A DNA stretch of 64,000 bases from Promethearchaeota archaeon (GTDB taxonomy: Archaea; Asgardarchaeota; Hermodarchaeia; Hermodarchaeales; Hermodarchaeaceae). Every line of letters starts with the position of its first letter. Position 1 is the first letter of the stretch. The DNA lies in assembly GCA_048939245.1 (NCBI GenBank), contig JBHLPR010000002.1, positions 20,332-84,331 of the forward strand. The letters run 5' to 3'. Both the position numbers and the translations under genes were made by a program. Below the pieces are notes generated by a model that worked only from the letters and a program-made list of their open reading frames with translations, did not search any database and was not told where the DNA came from. Shown piece by piece: positions 30,223 through 38,999 of the stretch.

Positions 30223-30531
30223 TTAGACGCTCAGAAGACGCTCTGTAAGTGTCTCCATTTCCAAACAGGCTGAAATGAAATCATCAAGGGCATGACGTTC
30301 ACTCCCTACGCAATGTTGCACTCTGATTCGTGCTGAATGAATTGCTAAAAGCAGCGATTCTCGGAGCGCCATTTCAACCGGCATACCTGCAGAAATATGT
30401 TGAGGGATTTGCTCGATCATTACCTTTGTTAAGTGTAATGCAGGCCCTCTCGCTTGGAGGGCAACATGTCGAATAACAGAATTAATTAGCCAATGATTTT
30501 TCGTCATACCATTTGTGCTCCTGTTTCTCAT
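30223..30531 (-). CDS. Hypothetical small helical protein
   Basis: 102-aa ORF in otherwise empty space; protein-like composition. Confidence 0.45.
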   Translation of the reverse strand: MRNRSTNGMTKNHWLINSVIRHVALQARGPALHLTKVMIEQIPQHISAGMPVEMALRESLLLAIHSARIRVQHCVGSERHALDDFISACLEMETLTERLLSV

Positions 30532-30601
30532 CTTTATAGAAGAAACTACATAAACATCACAAAGGGTGTTTCTGTTTTTTCTTGGGCAAATTGAATAAAT
30601 G

Positions 30602-30785
30602 GAGTGTTCAGCATTTTGACAGACGTTCTGAACCTCTTTGCTACATGAACTAAATCATAGGACCTAACATTCACTTTGAGTAACGAAAACGGTTGTTTCC
30701 CGGTGGCTCTTCCTTTGAACTAGATTTTCTATTTCCAAAGTGGGGTTCTGCTAGAGTGTTCAGTCCTAACTCTATTTCACTGAAC
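30602..30785. promoter_or_regulatory. Two copies of GAGT-GTTCAG-N16-CTGAAC dyad
   Basis: GTTCAG 30606-11 / CTGAAC 30628-33 and GTTCAG 30758-63 / CTGAAC 30780-85; identical 16-nt spacing with different spacer sequences. Confidence 0.55.
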
Positions 30786-30978
30786 AGCCTTACATCACAG
30801 TTCTTCTGTGTCAGATTTTCTTTAATGCTACACTAATACCGAAACTACCATCAATCACTAGCTTCTGACCTGTTACATTTTCCAAGCGATCCCCTTCGCT
30901 TCTAATACATTGTCCAATCTTTACACCAACTGTTTGCGCCGTTGGAGCCAGGAATAGGAATCCTTAAAAATTCTTCAA

Positions 30979-31806
30979 ATGCCGCCCGCACTCGTCATGA
31001 CTCAAAATGCAGCAGATGCGCCTAGTGAAGAATCGATAAGTGATATCCAAGGAATTCTCCACCAGCACAACTTTGTGTCCTTGCCGACAAGAGCAGATGG
31101 CACCCAACTAGCGATTCGCAATTATGATAAACAAGGGCTGGTTCGCTGTGATCTCCTTGTTTTTAGGGAAATCAATGAGGCGAGTAAAGCGCTCCGTAAA
31201 GAGGCTACTCAGCTCATTCAAGCCCTCTCAGAACTACAAAGTGACCTTCCTGATAATCCCCAATATCTCAATTCCACCTTTCAAAGTCATGCTATCCGAC
31301 TCTGCGGTAAAAAGGCGCAGGTTCTCACTGATCAAGTTGGACAACCTCTCTATTGTCAAATTATTCCCTTACTTCTCTATCCGCCCGGGGTTTACCTTCC
31401 TTCAATCCGTGAACGCGCAACCGCCTATCCTGCTCAAGTTCTTCCTCTGAATCAAATGAATGCATATTTGAATCAGAATTTGTCCCCTCAACGGTGTCAA
31501 ATAAAAACACCACATAAAAGAATTCAATACCTTCGAAAATCGTTTCGAATGCTTGGCCTCTCTTTTCTCTTCCTACCGCTTCTAATCGGACTCACAGGAA
31601 TCTTTTTAGCCCTGACACTATTGCTACCCGCTCTATTCGCGATTCTTCTATGTATCCTCGGATTCGTCCTCCTCTTTCGAAAAGCCCTTAGCTCTTTCAA
31701 CAAGTTCCGGCTTCACACGGTAATTCCCATTCTCACGACCAAACCAGTCTCTGCGCATCTTAGAGCATCAAAAATCCAAATCGGGAATCCCCCCCAAGAG
31801 AGGTGA
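30979..31806 (+). CDS. Hypothetical protein, soluble N-terminal domain plus 2 C-terminal TM helices
   Basis: First gene of a tightly packed + strand cluster. Confidence 0.6.
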   Translation: MPPALVMTQNAADAPSEESISDIQGILHQHNFVSLPTRADGTQLAIRNYDKQGLVRCDLLVFREINEASKALRKEATQLIQALSELQSDLPDNPQYLNSTFQSHAIRLCGKKAQVLTDQVGQPLYCQIIPLLLYPPGVYLPSIRERATAYPAQVLPLNQMNAYLNQNLSPQRCQIKTPHKRIQYLRKSFRMLGLSFLFLPLLIGLTGIFLALTLLLPALFAILLCILGFVLLFRKALSSFNKFRLHTVIPILTTKPVSAHLRASKIQIGNPPQER

Positions 31807-31810
31807 ATCA

Positions 31811-32638
31811 ATGCAGCTAACCTCCGATCTATTTGTATTAGGGTTGCTTGTTGAAGCGATAATTTACATCCCTCTTTTTCTCATCGCTAGTCTGTTCATA
31901 ATGAAACTCATTAACTTGCTTAGCAGACGAGTAGGAACGATTATCCGATACTTGGCTTTTCCAGGTGTTGTCTTACATGAAGTCTGTCATGATCTCTTTT
32001 GTCGAGTCACTGGCATTCCTATCATCGAACATCGTATCTTCTTAGGTAAGCATGAAGGGGTGGCTGGGGGTGTAATCATGGATGCGACAAAAATACGAAC
32101 ATTTACAAGCAGTTTCTTAGTGGCATTTGCTCCCTTCTTCATCCTTGCCTTCGCTTTGTATCTCCTTGTCGCTTTTTGGCAGCTTCTCCCGATGCATCAC
32201 GGGCTAGCCTTATACTTGGCATTCTGTTTTTTCATTGGGTTATCTCCCAGCCGAGCGGATGTGCAACTCATTGTCTCTGTAGCACAAGAACGCCCTGGCC
32301 AGACCCTCCTCGAAATTGGGCTGCTAACCATTCCCGTTATTGCAGCTATTGGTTACCTGAGGTTTTGTTCGGCAGCTAGTCTTCCGTTTTCATTCGGCGT
32401 TTTTATAGGTCTTATCTTGGTTGGGGCAATTTTCGCCTTGCTTCTCTGGCAGCTCCTTAGTCCTCATCGAAAGGTTCGTGTCATCAAGGAGCAAGAACCA
32501 AGGCGAAAAATCCGGGACGCGTCAGATCTGCTCACTGTAGAAGCTACCTATTATCTCACCGATCTTGGATTAGGGCGCAAAGACGGTTTTGGCCACCTTA
32601 CTGACAATTCAACCACAAATCAAGGGGCAGAAGAGTGA
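31811..32638 (+). CDS. Membrane zincin metallopeptidase (M50-like / DUF3267-like)
   Basis: FPGVVLHEVCH (HExxH), VAFAPFF, PSRAD third-ligand motif; multiple TM. Confidence 0.78.
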   Translation: MQLTSDLFVLGLLVEAIIYIPLFLIASLFIMKLINLLSRRVGTIIRYLAFPGVVLHEVCHDLFCRVTGIPIIEHRIFLGKHEGVAGGVIMDATKIRTFTSSFLVAFAPFFILAFALYLLVAFWQLLPMHHGLALYLAFCFFIGLSPSRADVQLIVSVAQERPGQTLLEIGLLTIPVIAAIGYLRFCSAASLPFSFGVFIGLILVGAIFALLLWQLLSPHRKVRVIKEQEPRRKIRDASDLLTVEATYYLTDLGLGRKDGFGHLTDNSTTNQGAEE

Positions 32639-33468
32639 ATCCAATCATTGGAAGAAAACAGAAGAGATTCCTGTCATGCCTATTCTTCCTCATCCTTCTT
32701 TGCTTGATAACGCATCTCTCCTTTGGTGGATTCCTATCCGCTCAACCGACCTCACGACAACCAGGGCTAAGTCAAATGCGACGCTATTTTCTCAGCGTGA
32801 CCACTCGATACAATAACCTCACCAACTCCTATTTTGGAACACAAGAACTAATTCTGAATACCTCCAGTTTCCGAACCTATAACGGATACATTACATGGAA
32901 TCTAAGCTGGGATAATGGAAACACATGGGCCCACGATTCAGCATGGATTACTTACGCTCGGAATCGCAGTTACCAGTTTGCAGGGCATTCTCTTTACACC
33001 GGCTGGTGGATTCCCCCTGCCCTCCAAATTGGAGCCCAAATCCGTATCGATGGTGACACTCCAGCTACCAATACCCTCCTGCGCACTGCCCCCTTTATCG
33101 TGACCGACCTTGTCTCGATTCCTCTCAACGACGCATATTATCTTTGTTGGCAACTTTCCTACAGCTCGGATTCACCTCAATCTGAAACCTACTATTATGA
33201 ATACCACACCGGTGTCCTTGTTCATGCACGCTCTCAATTATGGTCAGCTAACCTTCCTATTCACGAAGTTGAAATTTCACTTCTATCCTCTTGGCCAGAT
33301 CTTCCAACAATCTCCGTTCTATTTCATTATTGGTTCAATTATCACACCTTGGTTTTGGCTCTAATCGGCGCCAGCCTAACAACGGTCTTTGTCTATTATC
33401 TACTCCAACACTTCGTTCCGCCTCCCTGTAAGGTTGACAAGATGATGGAAATCCGGCAAAATGCTTAA
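32635..33468 (+). CDS. Secreted beta-rich protein with C-terminal TM anchor
   Basis: N-terminal hydrophobic signal, N-glycosylation sequons, YYYEYHTGVLV, C-terminal TM. Confidence 0.65.
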   Translation: MNPIIGRKQKRFLSCLFFLILLCLITHLSFGGFLSAQPTSRQPGLSQMRRYFLSVTTRYNNLTNSYFGTQELILNTSSFRTYNGYITWNLSWDNGNTWAHDSAWITYARNRSYQFAGHSLYTGWWIPPALQIGAQIRIDGDTPATNTLLRTAPFIVTDLVSIPLNDAYYLCWQLSYSSDSPQSETYYYEYHTGVLVHARSQLWSANLPIHEVEISLLSSWPDLPTISVLFHYWFNYHTLVLALIGASLTTVFVYYLLQHFVPPPCKVDKMMEIRQNA

Positions 33469-33519
33469 AAAGAAACCAAAAACCCCGCTCCGCCATCCAT
33501 CTCATGGGACGCAACACGA

Positions 33520-36500
33520 ATGCCAGAAAACCTGAAACACGTCAGCGCATTCATCACCTACTGCCTTTTCCTTGCACCCATACTGGCTGGTTTGCTCATA
33601 ACACCTACACAACTCCCAATCGTAGCTACTCTGGATACAGCTTCTCCTAGTTCGCCTACTATCCCAATCGAATTTCCTGCTTTGGACTCTCAGTCATCGA
33701 ACGATATCAAAAAATACCATAACTCAATAATCAGCGAGGGTCCTGCTCCTAAAGAGTTCCTCCCTGTATTCTCTTTAGGTAATCTGCTCTTACTGTTCGG
33801 TAACTTTGTCAATGAATCCAGCCAAGAACCCGTTGAAGCCTGGGAAACGCTTTTTCACAATCTTGGATTTGACACTACCACACAGCATCTTGATAATTTC
33901 TCTCAATCTCCTGACTTTGATTTAATCGTAGTCACCCCCAGCGTGGGAACCAGCAACAACTCGTTTGGTGTAACCTTAACGCAAGCTCAACTGCTCGGGA
34001 ATTGTACACAACCCATTCTTCTACTCGGTTATGGCCACGAAGTTTTAGATCAACTCCACGGATTTAACCCCTTCACAGATTTCATTCCAAGCGTTGAAAG
34101 GTACCTTTGGTCACCCGATAAAACGCTGCAGATATTTACCCTTCCTCATCTTATCCCAATCATCAGCGGGCGATTTGGCATCTACTCAGAGCACATTAGC
34201 TATGATGCCTATCGCCAATCAGCTCTCCCTTCCAAAACCGCAATCTTAGGTACCAACTATGCCGGATCAGGGTCTCAACTACTCTGGTTTCGCGACTACC
34301 CCTACAATTCACATATCTACTATTGGGGAATAAACCGAGCCGAAAACCTAAACTCGGATGGCTGGCAATTCTGCGAAAATCTCCTTCATTGGCTAATCCG
34401 ACCACCGATTCAACAACGGTTAGGCGCAACACTCGCCAAATGGCAATTAGTCTCAAATGACGATTATTGGGCTGTCCAAGGTGCAGGCGGGTTTGGCTAT
34501 CCACTCGAACCCTCCCTTCGATTCTCTTACTATGTGATCAAAATCGTTGAAACCCATGGATTACCAGTCAACCTCTCCAGTTGGAAATCATGGCTCGGTC
34601 AAACATACAATTCAGATTTGGGCTGTTTCGAAGATTTAGCTAGTCCACAACTACACGACCGTTGCATTACCACGGGAATGGCTGTTCTCATGGCAGAAGC
34701 CTTGGGAATTCTGACTTGGTTCAATCAAACCCGAATCCGTGATTATCTGCTCGCTTGCCAAGATACTACTTCGGGTGGTTTTTTCACTGAATTAGGAAGT
34801 ATACACACAAGCGTAATGGCAACACACTTTGCCATTGAAAGCCTAGCGGTTCTAAATCAACTTCCTTCAATCAACACCTCCGCAGTTGTTGATTTTATAA
34901 TCAATTGCCAGGAACTTAATCCCTTGAATTCGGAGTTTGGTGGGTTCTACAGTTCCGCTAGCGGAGGGTTAAGTGCCAGTCTCGTATACGCAACCGATGC
35001 GTTACTAACCCTTCAAACATTAGATGCTCTGAGTGCTATCAACCAATCGGCTCTCTTAGCATTCATTGCAATGTGCGAGGAACCCGTAGGAAGTGCTATC
35101 TTTGACACAAAATATACTATGGATACAGAGGAACGGGTTCTGGGAACTGCATGTGCCATTCAGCTTTTAGATATCCTTGGAGCGCTCAACCATTATGATA
35201 CAAATTCCAGTCGCGCTTATATTTTAGATCAACAATATCCAAATGGCGGATGGGGACGTGGTGATTCAGCACATGACTACCATAACTCGCCTGACGAAAC
35301 GGGACAAAGTGTTCGTGCGCTAGCTTTAACCGGAGGGCTAGGTCCAGCAGAAACCAATCTCACCAACTATCTCCTTGATTGTTGCACACCTTGGGGTGGC
35401 GCTACTGAACCAGTCATTTTCGGAGATTTTTTGGTAAGTACCGACATTGTGTTGGCTCTGTGGCAAATCGAAGCTAGAGAACAGATGAACCTCTCTGCTT
35501 TTCTCTCTTACCTAGAAAGCTGTTGGTCCCCAACTCGTACTTCCTTTGTGGCTCATCAGCTTCCTGACATCGTTGGAACTGATTCCGACTCGCCGTCTCC
35601 GGATCGCATCGTTTTAGAAGCTGGAACTTTTGGTCCACTCTACCATTATAGCTACAGTCAATTGATTACCTCCCTGGGCCTTAGTGGTGAACCTTGGACT
35701 ACTCGTAGCACACAGATTCGTTTAGAAATTGAAGCTTGTCAAACCACTGCGGTAGGCTATGCAGGGATGCTTGGCTTTCATCACCTCTACGTAGGACACG
35801 AGACTGATACTACCTTCCGCTTTGATACCACCTGTTGGAATTTAATGGCGCATCAAGCATTGGGAGGACAACCAACTGACCTCGATAATGCCTCCGCGAT
35901 TCTAACATACTTAGCAAGTTGCTTGCAAAGCAATACGACTCACCAATATTTCCATGATTCAATACATCTGGTTCCGCCTCCTGCACCCTGGCGAGAGGCG
36001 GAAGGTTATCTGACCGAAACCTGGTTAGGTCTCCAAGCATATGCCTATCTGGACCCTTCCCTCTCAGCACTCGATGGCGACAAATTAGCAAACTATGCCA
36101 TTAGTTTTCTCCAAGAAAATGCCTCAGTAATAACCACACATTATGCTACAGAGATTCTCTTCTTTTTACTTGAAACCGGTCTTCAACCAGCAGCTCTCGA
36201 CACAGTTGACTGGACTGTTATCAAGAGCAACCTTATTGACGCTTTTACCTTTGAAGGACATCTTATCGATCCTTCACTCCCATCAGGAAAGTGGATACCT
36301 TTCCTAATCGTTTTGGGACTACAACTCGTTAATCGATTACAACTCCTCCCTCACCTCGATGTTAATCCAATCCTCAGCTTCAACGGAATCACCTATCCCA
36401 CAGGAATCCTCCTCCTTGGTGAAAATTTCACCATCTCTGCATCGGTGATCGAATCTCGTTGGGGACAATTACCAGGCATTCCCTCCGTCCAAACACACAT

Positions 36501-38457
36501 CTTTGGTTATACATTCCTCAAATCCTGTAATCTCTTATCCTCAGGATATTTTGAACTCCAAGCACCCATCCCCATTTCACCATCTACTTTAGGTCCACAA
36601 AATCTCTCTCTCATTGCTTTTTTTCCCGGAACAATTCCTGCTTATACACGATATTTTGATATCTGTACAGGCTGGGGTTCACTCACTCTCACCACTAACA
36701 TCTCTCCAAGTTCAACCATCCCTCGGAGCATACCACTTAGTGCATCCATCCAACTCGGTCTCTTAGGGTCCACTTCTCCAATTGATTCCCTCGGAAATGG
36801 AACTGTTTCGGTTACAGTTACAACAACTTCTCACACCTACTCCGCTTCTCAACAGGGAACGAACCAATATGTTGTATCAATCCCCACTCAGACTCTAGCC
36901 CCCACTAATCATATTCTTCGCATCAATGCCAGTATCCCCTATTGTAGCCATCACTCTGAAACTATCCTCATCACCATTGTGGTTTTCGAGACTCACCTGA
37001 CAATGGAACAAATCTTCCCTGACACACCAGTTCTCTTTGATCCTGCCACTTTAACCATTGGGCTTTGGAATGATAGTGGAATACCTCTTGGTGGTTATCA
37101 AATCAGATTCAATATAACACGACCTGGAGATACCAGTCCCTCTCACTCAATAAATACAACCACCGATGAAAACGGTCTAGCCTACTTCTCGTGGCTCCCA
37201 GATTTATTAGGGGAATGGCAAGCGATTTTTACATTTGCTGGACAGGACATGTACACTGCAAGCCAGAATAGCTCAATGATTTACATTCACCGACGATCTT
37301 TAGGTTGTACAATTACGCTGTTTCCATCTTCAACGCTTTTTGTGGGAAATCTCAGTGCTATTCATATCAAGGTTTTCGACGGTCTTAATTCCTCCCTCCT
37401 TCCTGGCTTGTTAATAAATTTTTACGAAGACAGTCTCCTTCTCACTTCTAGTATCACTAATGAAACCGGTGAGGCTATTTGCCATTGGTATGCCACGGCT
37501 CCAGCAGGTCTTCGAGAACTACGGATTGAAATTACAGGCACAGCAACGCATGAACCATGGACCTCGTCACCGCTAGCATATCTCATTCAAGACACTACAA
37601 CCATTTCGATATCTAGTAACTCTACAACACTTTGGCTGGGTGAAACCGTTCTTTTGGATATTTACATCAACAGCTCAGCCTCCGGCCCTCCCAACGGAAC
37701 CGCATCTATCTACTTGGATGGAGCTTGGCAAAAAGATGTGCTGATTATCCAAGGATCTGGAACCACTCTACTTCCCATTTCATATACAGAACTTGCTGGT
37801 GAACACTTAGTCGTTGTACTCTTCGGCCATCTGGAAACCCCGGATATTTACCTTGAAAATTCTGCAGCGCTTTTTCTTACGCTTCGTAGTGTCACCGTGC
37901 CAACAATCATATTGATAGTCAATCCTCTCGAGATAGATGATCTGCTCTTACAACCCACAATCGAGATTATAGTTCAACTATCATACACCACTATAAACAG
38001 CTCTCACGGACTTTCTGCAAATCTTACAGTACAAGTATACACTCAAGATGCTGCCCTCCTCTTCACCCTAGACCTTCTCACTAATTCCAGTGGTTTCAGC
38101 CAATCATTTTTTTCCACTCCCCAACCGGGTCTATATTCGATTACAGTTCTATTCGAGGGACGTCGAGGCTTTTCATCCTGTTCTGCAACAACTCCTTTCC
38201 TAGTACGCTATCCCTACAACCGTATGAGTGACATTGCTTTTTCTCTCCTTCTTGGATCGCTAGCTGTGATGATTATTGGATTCATTATAGGTATCTTTGC
38301 TTATATTCGTCTTCAGAGGCAGCTAAACGGCTTCCTACGCCGGATACAATCAAACCAGAATCCGGTTACCCAATCACAATCAGCTCCTCTGCAATCCCTT
38401 GACCCATTAGAATCCGAAACGCCATCAAGTAATGAAGCTGATATGAGAAGTGATTAA
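33520..38457 (+). CDS. Large type-I surface protein: GATase-like domain, prenyltransferase/squalene-cyclase-like alpha-barrel repeats, Ig-like domains, TM
   Basis: Repeats YLLACQDTTSGGF, FIINCQ...FGGF, YILDQQYPNGGWG, YLLDCCTPWGG; Ig-like TTDENGLAYFSW, F.GQDMY.AS, TNETGEA, TNSSG; many NxS/T sequons; C-terminal TM. Confidence 0.8.
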   Translation: MPENLKHVSAFITYCLFLAPILAGLLITPTQLPIVATLDTASPSSPTIPIEFPALDSQSSNDIKKYHNSIISEGPAPKEFLPVFSLGNLLLLFGNFVNESSQEPVEAWETLFHNLGFDTTTQHLDNFSQSPDFDLIVVTPSVGTSNNSFGVTLTQAQLLGNCTQPILLLGYGHEVLDQLHGFNPFTDFIPSVERYLWSPDKTLQIFTLPHLIPIISGRFGIYSEHISYDAYRQSALPSKTAILGTNYAGSGSQLLWFRDYPYNSHIYYWGINRAENLNSDGWQFCENLLHWLIRPPIQQRLGATLAKWQLVSNDDYWAVQGAGGFGYPLEPSLRFSYYVIKIVETHGLPVNLSSWKSWLGQTYNSDLGCFEDLASPQLHDRCITTGMAVLMAEALGILTWFNQTRIRDYLLACQDTTSGGFFTELGSIHTSVMATHFAIESLAVLNQLPSINTSAVVDFIINCQELNPLNSEFGGFYSSASGGLSASLVYATDALLTLQTLDALSAINQSALLAFIAMCEEPVGSAIFDTKYTMDTEERVLGTACAIQLLDILGALNHYDTNSSRAYILDQQYPNGGWGRGDSAHDYHNSPDETGQSVRALALTGGLGPAETNLTNYLLDCCTPWGGATEPVIFGDFLVSTDIVLALWQIEAREQMNLSAFLSYLESCWSPTRTSFVAHQLPDIVGTDSDSPSPDRIVLEAGTFGPLYHYSYSQLITSLGLSGEPWTTRSTQIRLEIEACQTTAVGYAGMLGFHHLYVGHETDTTFRFDTTCWNLMAHQALGGQPTDLDNASAILTYLASCLQSNTTHQYFHDSIHLVPPPAPWREAEGYLTETWLGLQAYAYLDPSLSALDGDKLANYAISFLQENASVITTHYATEILFFLLETGLQPAALDTVDWTVIKSNLIDAFTFEGHLIDPSLPSGKWIPFLIVLGLQLVNRLQLLPHLDVNPILSFNGITYPTGILLLGENFTISASVIESRWGQLPGIPSVQTHIFGYTFLKSCNLLSSGYFELQAPIPISPSTLGPQNLSLIAFFPGTIPAYTRYFDICTGWGSLTLTTNISPSSTIPRSIPLSASIQLGLLGSTSPIDSLGNGTVSVTVTTTSHTYSASQQGTNQYVVSIPTQTLAPTNHILRINASIPYCSHHSETILITIVVFETHLTMEQIFPDTPVLFDPATLTIGLWNDSGIPLGGYQIRFNITRPGDTSPSHSINTTTDENGLAYFSWLPDLLGEWQAIFTFAGQDMYTASQNSSMIYIHRRSLGCTITLFPSSTLFVGNLSAIHIKVFDGLNSSLLPGLLINFYEDSLLLTSSITNETGEAICHWYATAPAGLRELRIEITGTATHEPWTSSPLAYLIQDTTTISISSNSTTLWLGETVLLDIYINSSASGPPNGTASIYLDGAWQKDVLIIQGSGTTLLPISYTELAGEHLVVVLFGHLETPDIYLENSAALFLTLRSVTVPTIILIVNPLEIDDLLLQPTIEIIVQLSYTTINSSHGLSANLTVQVYTQDAALLFTLDLLTNSSGFSQSFFSTPQPGLYSITVLFEGRRGFSSCSATTPFLVRYPYNRMSDIAFSLLLGSLAVMIIGFIIGIFAYIRLQRQLNGFLRRIQSNQNPVTQSQSAPLQSLDPLESETPSSNEADMRSD

Positions 38458-38875
38458 CATGGTAAGAAAATACAAAGTAATCCAATGTCCTAACTGCTCT
38501 GCGTATACCTACATCCCCTTTAGTGCACACCAAAATTCTTGTCCTCGATGCAACTTCCAGCTTGCCTTCCATGAGTTAGATGGCACTCTTGTCTCCACAG
38601 TTCAGGAAGCCCAAAAACATGTTCGAGAACAACAATATGCTCTCCATAGTATGATTCCACTGGATACTAGTCTCTGCCCTGCAAAGAAAGTACTTCAAAT
38701 CTTGCGATCCTTTCCATCCGATAATCCTCAGTGGCTCCCTATTCATGAAATCTTTCAACGTTCCATCGAAGCCGGACTACTACCCAAAGAAGTACAGGAA
38801 GCAATTGATATTCTCACAGCAGAAGGCTTTCTCGAAAAACGGGATGACACCATCCGTGCTGTTCCTCTCAACTGA
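38450..38875 (+). CDS. Zn-ribbon plus winged-helix protein (DUF1922-like)
   Basis: CPNC...CPRC; C-terminus EAIDILTAEGFLEKRDDTIR is wHTH-like. Confidence 0.7.
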   Translation: MINMVRKYKVIQCPNCSAYTYIPFSAHQNSCPRCNFQLAFHELDGTLVSTVQEAQKHVREQQYALHSMIPLDTSLCPAKKVLQILRSFPSDNPQWLPIHEIFQRSIEAGLLPKEVQEAIDILTAEGFLEKRDDTIRAVPLN

Positions 38876-38999
38876 CAAGTCTGGTTGAGCTACTTATTTA
38901 TAACGTTTCATTTTTTACTTCAGACCTAGTCGCAATTCTAAAGGGTTTCACCGTAAGGCATATAAACAAACCAAATTTCGCCAGCTCAACGAAGAACCC

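Noticed and set aside
30720-30790. ORB-like sequences (GTTCAGTGAAATAGAG, CCACTTTGGAAATAG on minus) suggesting a replication origin
   Set aside because: Spacing deviates from TCCA-N3-GAAA, there is no G-string, and no orc1/cdc6 gene is in the window.
33520-38457. Alpha-2-macroglobulin/complement-like thioester protein or active terpene cyclase
   Set aside because: No CGEQ thioester or DxDD motif seen.
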